Positions 63,347 to 64,000 of a DNA stretch of 64,000 bases are shown piece after piece (position 1 is the stretch's first letter; each line of letters starts with the position of its first letter). The stretch lies in contig CAVSUD010000016.1 in the NCBI GenBank assembly GCA_963731055.1, positions 39,914 through 103,913 on the forward strand, read 5' to 3'. Origin of the DNA: an uncultured Actinomycetes bacterium. GTDB lineage: Bacteria > Actinomycetota > Acidimicrobiia > Acidimicrobiales > CADCTF01. The position numbers were made by a program, and so were the translations under genes. A model generated the notes under the pieces. It saw only the letters and a program-made list of their open reading frames with translations. It did not search any database and was not told where the DNA came from.

Positions 63347-64000
63347 GTGCCCGATGAGCTCTCGGTCGCCGACCTGGCCGCGGCGACGCCGGCCGCCCGC
63401 GACCGCTACGTCGACTTCCTGCGCGCCTTCTCGATCCTCGTCGTCGTGCTCGGGCACTTCTTCATCGCCGTCGCCTTCCACGAGCGCGGGCGGGTCTTCG
63501 TGCAGAACGCGGTGGGCCGGACCTCGGGCCTGTGGCTGATGACCTGGGTCCTCCAGGTCATGCCCCTGTTCTTCTTCGTGGGCGGTTTCGCCAACCTCGT
63601 GAGCTGGAAGGGCGACTACGGGGCCTTCCTCCGGGGCCGGCTGCGCCGGTTGCTCAAGCCGTTCGGCGTGTTCGCTGCGGTGTGGTCGTTGATCGAGGTC
63701 GCCCTCCACGTCCTCGACGTGGGCCGGGGCGGCGGGGTGTTCCGCCTGACCCGCCTGCCCTTCGGTCCGCTCTGGTTCCTCGCTGTGTACCTCGGCGTGG
63801 TCGCGCTGGCGCCGGTCATGCTGCGCCTGCACCGGCGCGCCCCGGTCCTGACGGTCGTGACCCTGTTCCAGCTCGTGCTCGTGGTCGATGTCCTGCGCTT
63901 CGCCCTCGACCGCCGCGGCCTCGGGTGGGCGAACCTGGTCCTGGTGTGGGTGTTCGTCCACCAACTGGGCTTCTTCTACGGCGACGGCACCCTCGGGCGC
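63347..64000 (+). CDS. acyltransferase family 3 (membrane O-acyltransferase), 5' part; runs off the right edge
   Basis: GTG 63347 frame, open to the window end. VPDELSVADLAAATPAARDRYVDFLRAFSILVVVLGHFFIAV...WLMTWVLQVMPLFFFVGGFANLVSW...PFGPLWFLAVYLGVVALAPVM. Confidence 0.7.
   Translation, partial: MPDELSVADLAAATPAARDRYVDFLRAFSILVVVLGHFFIAVAFHERGRVFVQNAVGRTSGLWLMTWVLQVMPLFFFVGGFANLVSWKGDYGAFLRGRLRRLLKPFGVFAAVWSLIEVALHVLDVGRGGGVFRLTRLPFGPLWFLAVYLGVVALAPVMLRLHRRAPVLTVVTLFQLVLVVDVLRFALDRRGLGWANLVLVWVFVHQLGFFYGDGTLGR

Overview
This is 64 kb of very GC-rich (about 70% by eye), gene-dense chromosomal DNA. Gene content and core synteny look actinobacterial: iscS-mnmA ... ligA ... gatCAB, a PASTA Ser/Thr kinase, the GlgE alpha-glucan pathway and murA. 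I can support about 60 protein genes. I found no rRNA, tRNA, CRISPR array, transposase or integrase. Layout by block: (1) 1-5.5 kb: ilvD and a duplicated ABC-2 exporter. (2) 5.5-10.8 kb: a nitroreductase, a ResA/TlpA-like gene with an in-frame TGA, and gatB-gatA-gatC. (3) 10.9-18 kb: esterase, ferredoxin, TetR, SCP2, a near-perfect 4 x 78 bp tandem repeat, MFS, SDR and a PknB-like kinase. (4) 18.6-25.1 kb: ligA, a MetE-like protein, mnmA and iscS. (5) 25.1-33.6 kb: a conserved but uncharacterised RDD / SpoIIM-like / DUF58 / MoxR / DUF4350 / DUF4129 / membrane-protein cluster, headed by a PaaK-like adenylating enzyme. (6) 33.7-47.4 kb: galT, then a glgE-treS-mak-glgB-GH57 operon with divergent glgP. 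(7) 47.7-53 kb: echA-meaB-nfu, three unknown translationally coupled ORFs, and murA. (8) 53-64 kb: MFS plus a BY-kinase-like ATPase, a hydrolase, a J-domain protein, an acidic protein, an LAxTG mini-protein, an acyl-CoA mutase large subunit, glpX, and envelope-type membrane and acyltransferase genes. Technical caveat: many well-conserved genes, including essential ones, are split across two or three reading frames by single-base indels, while other multi-kb stretches are clean. I treat these breaks as probable sequence errors, report full-length gene spans and flag each affected gene. Start codons are approximate where noted.
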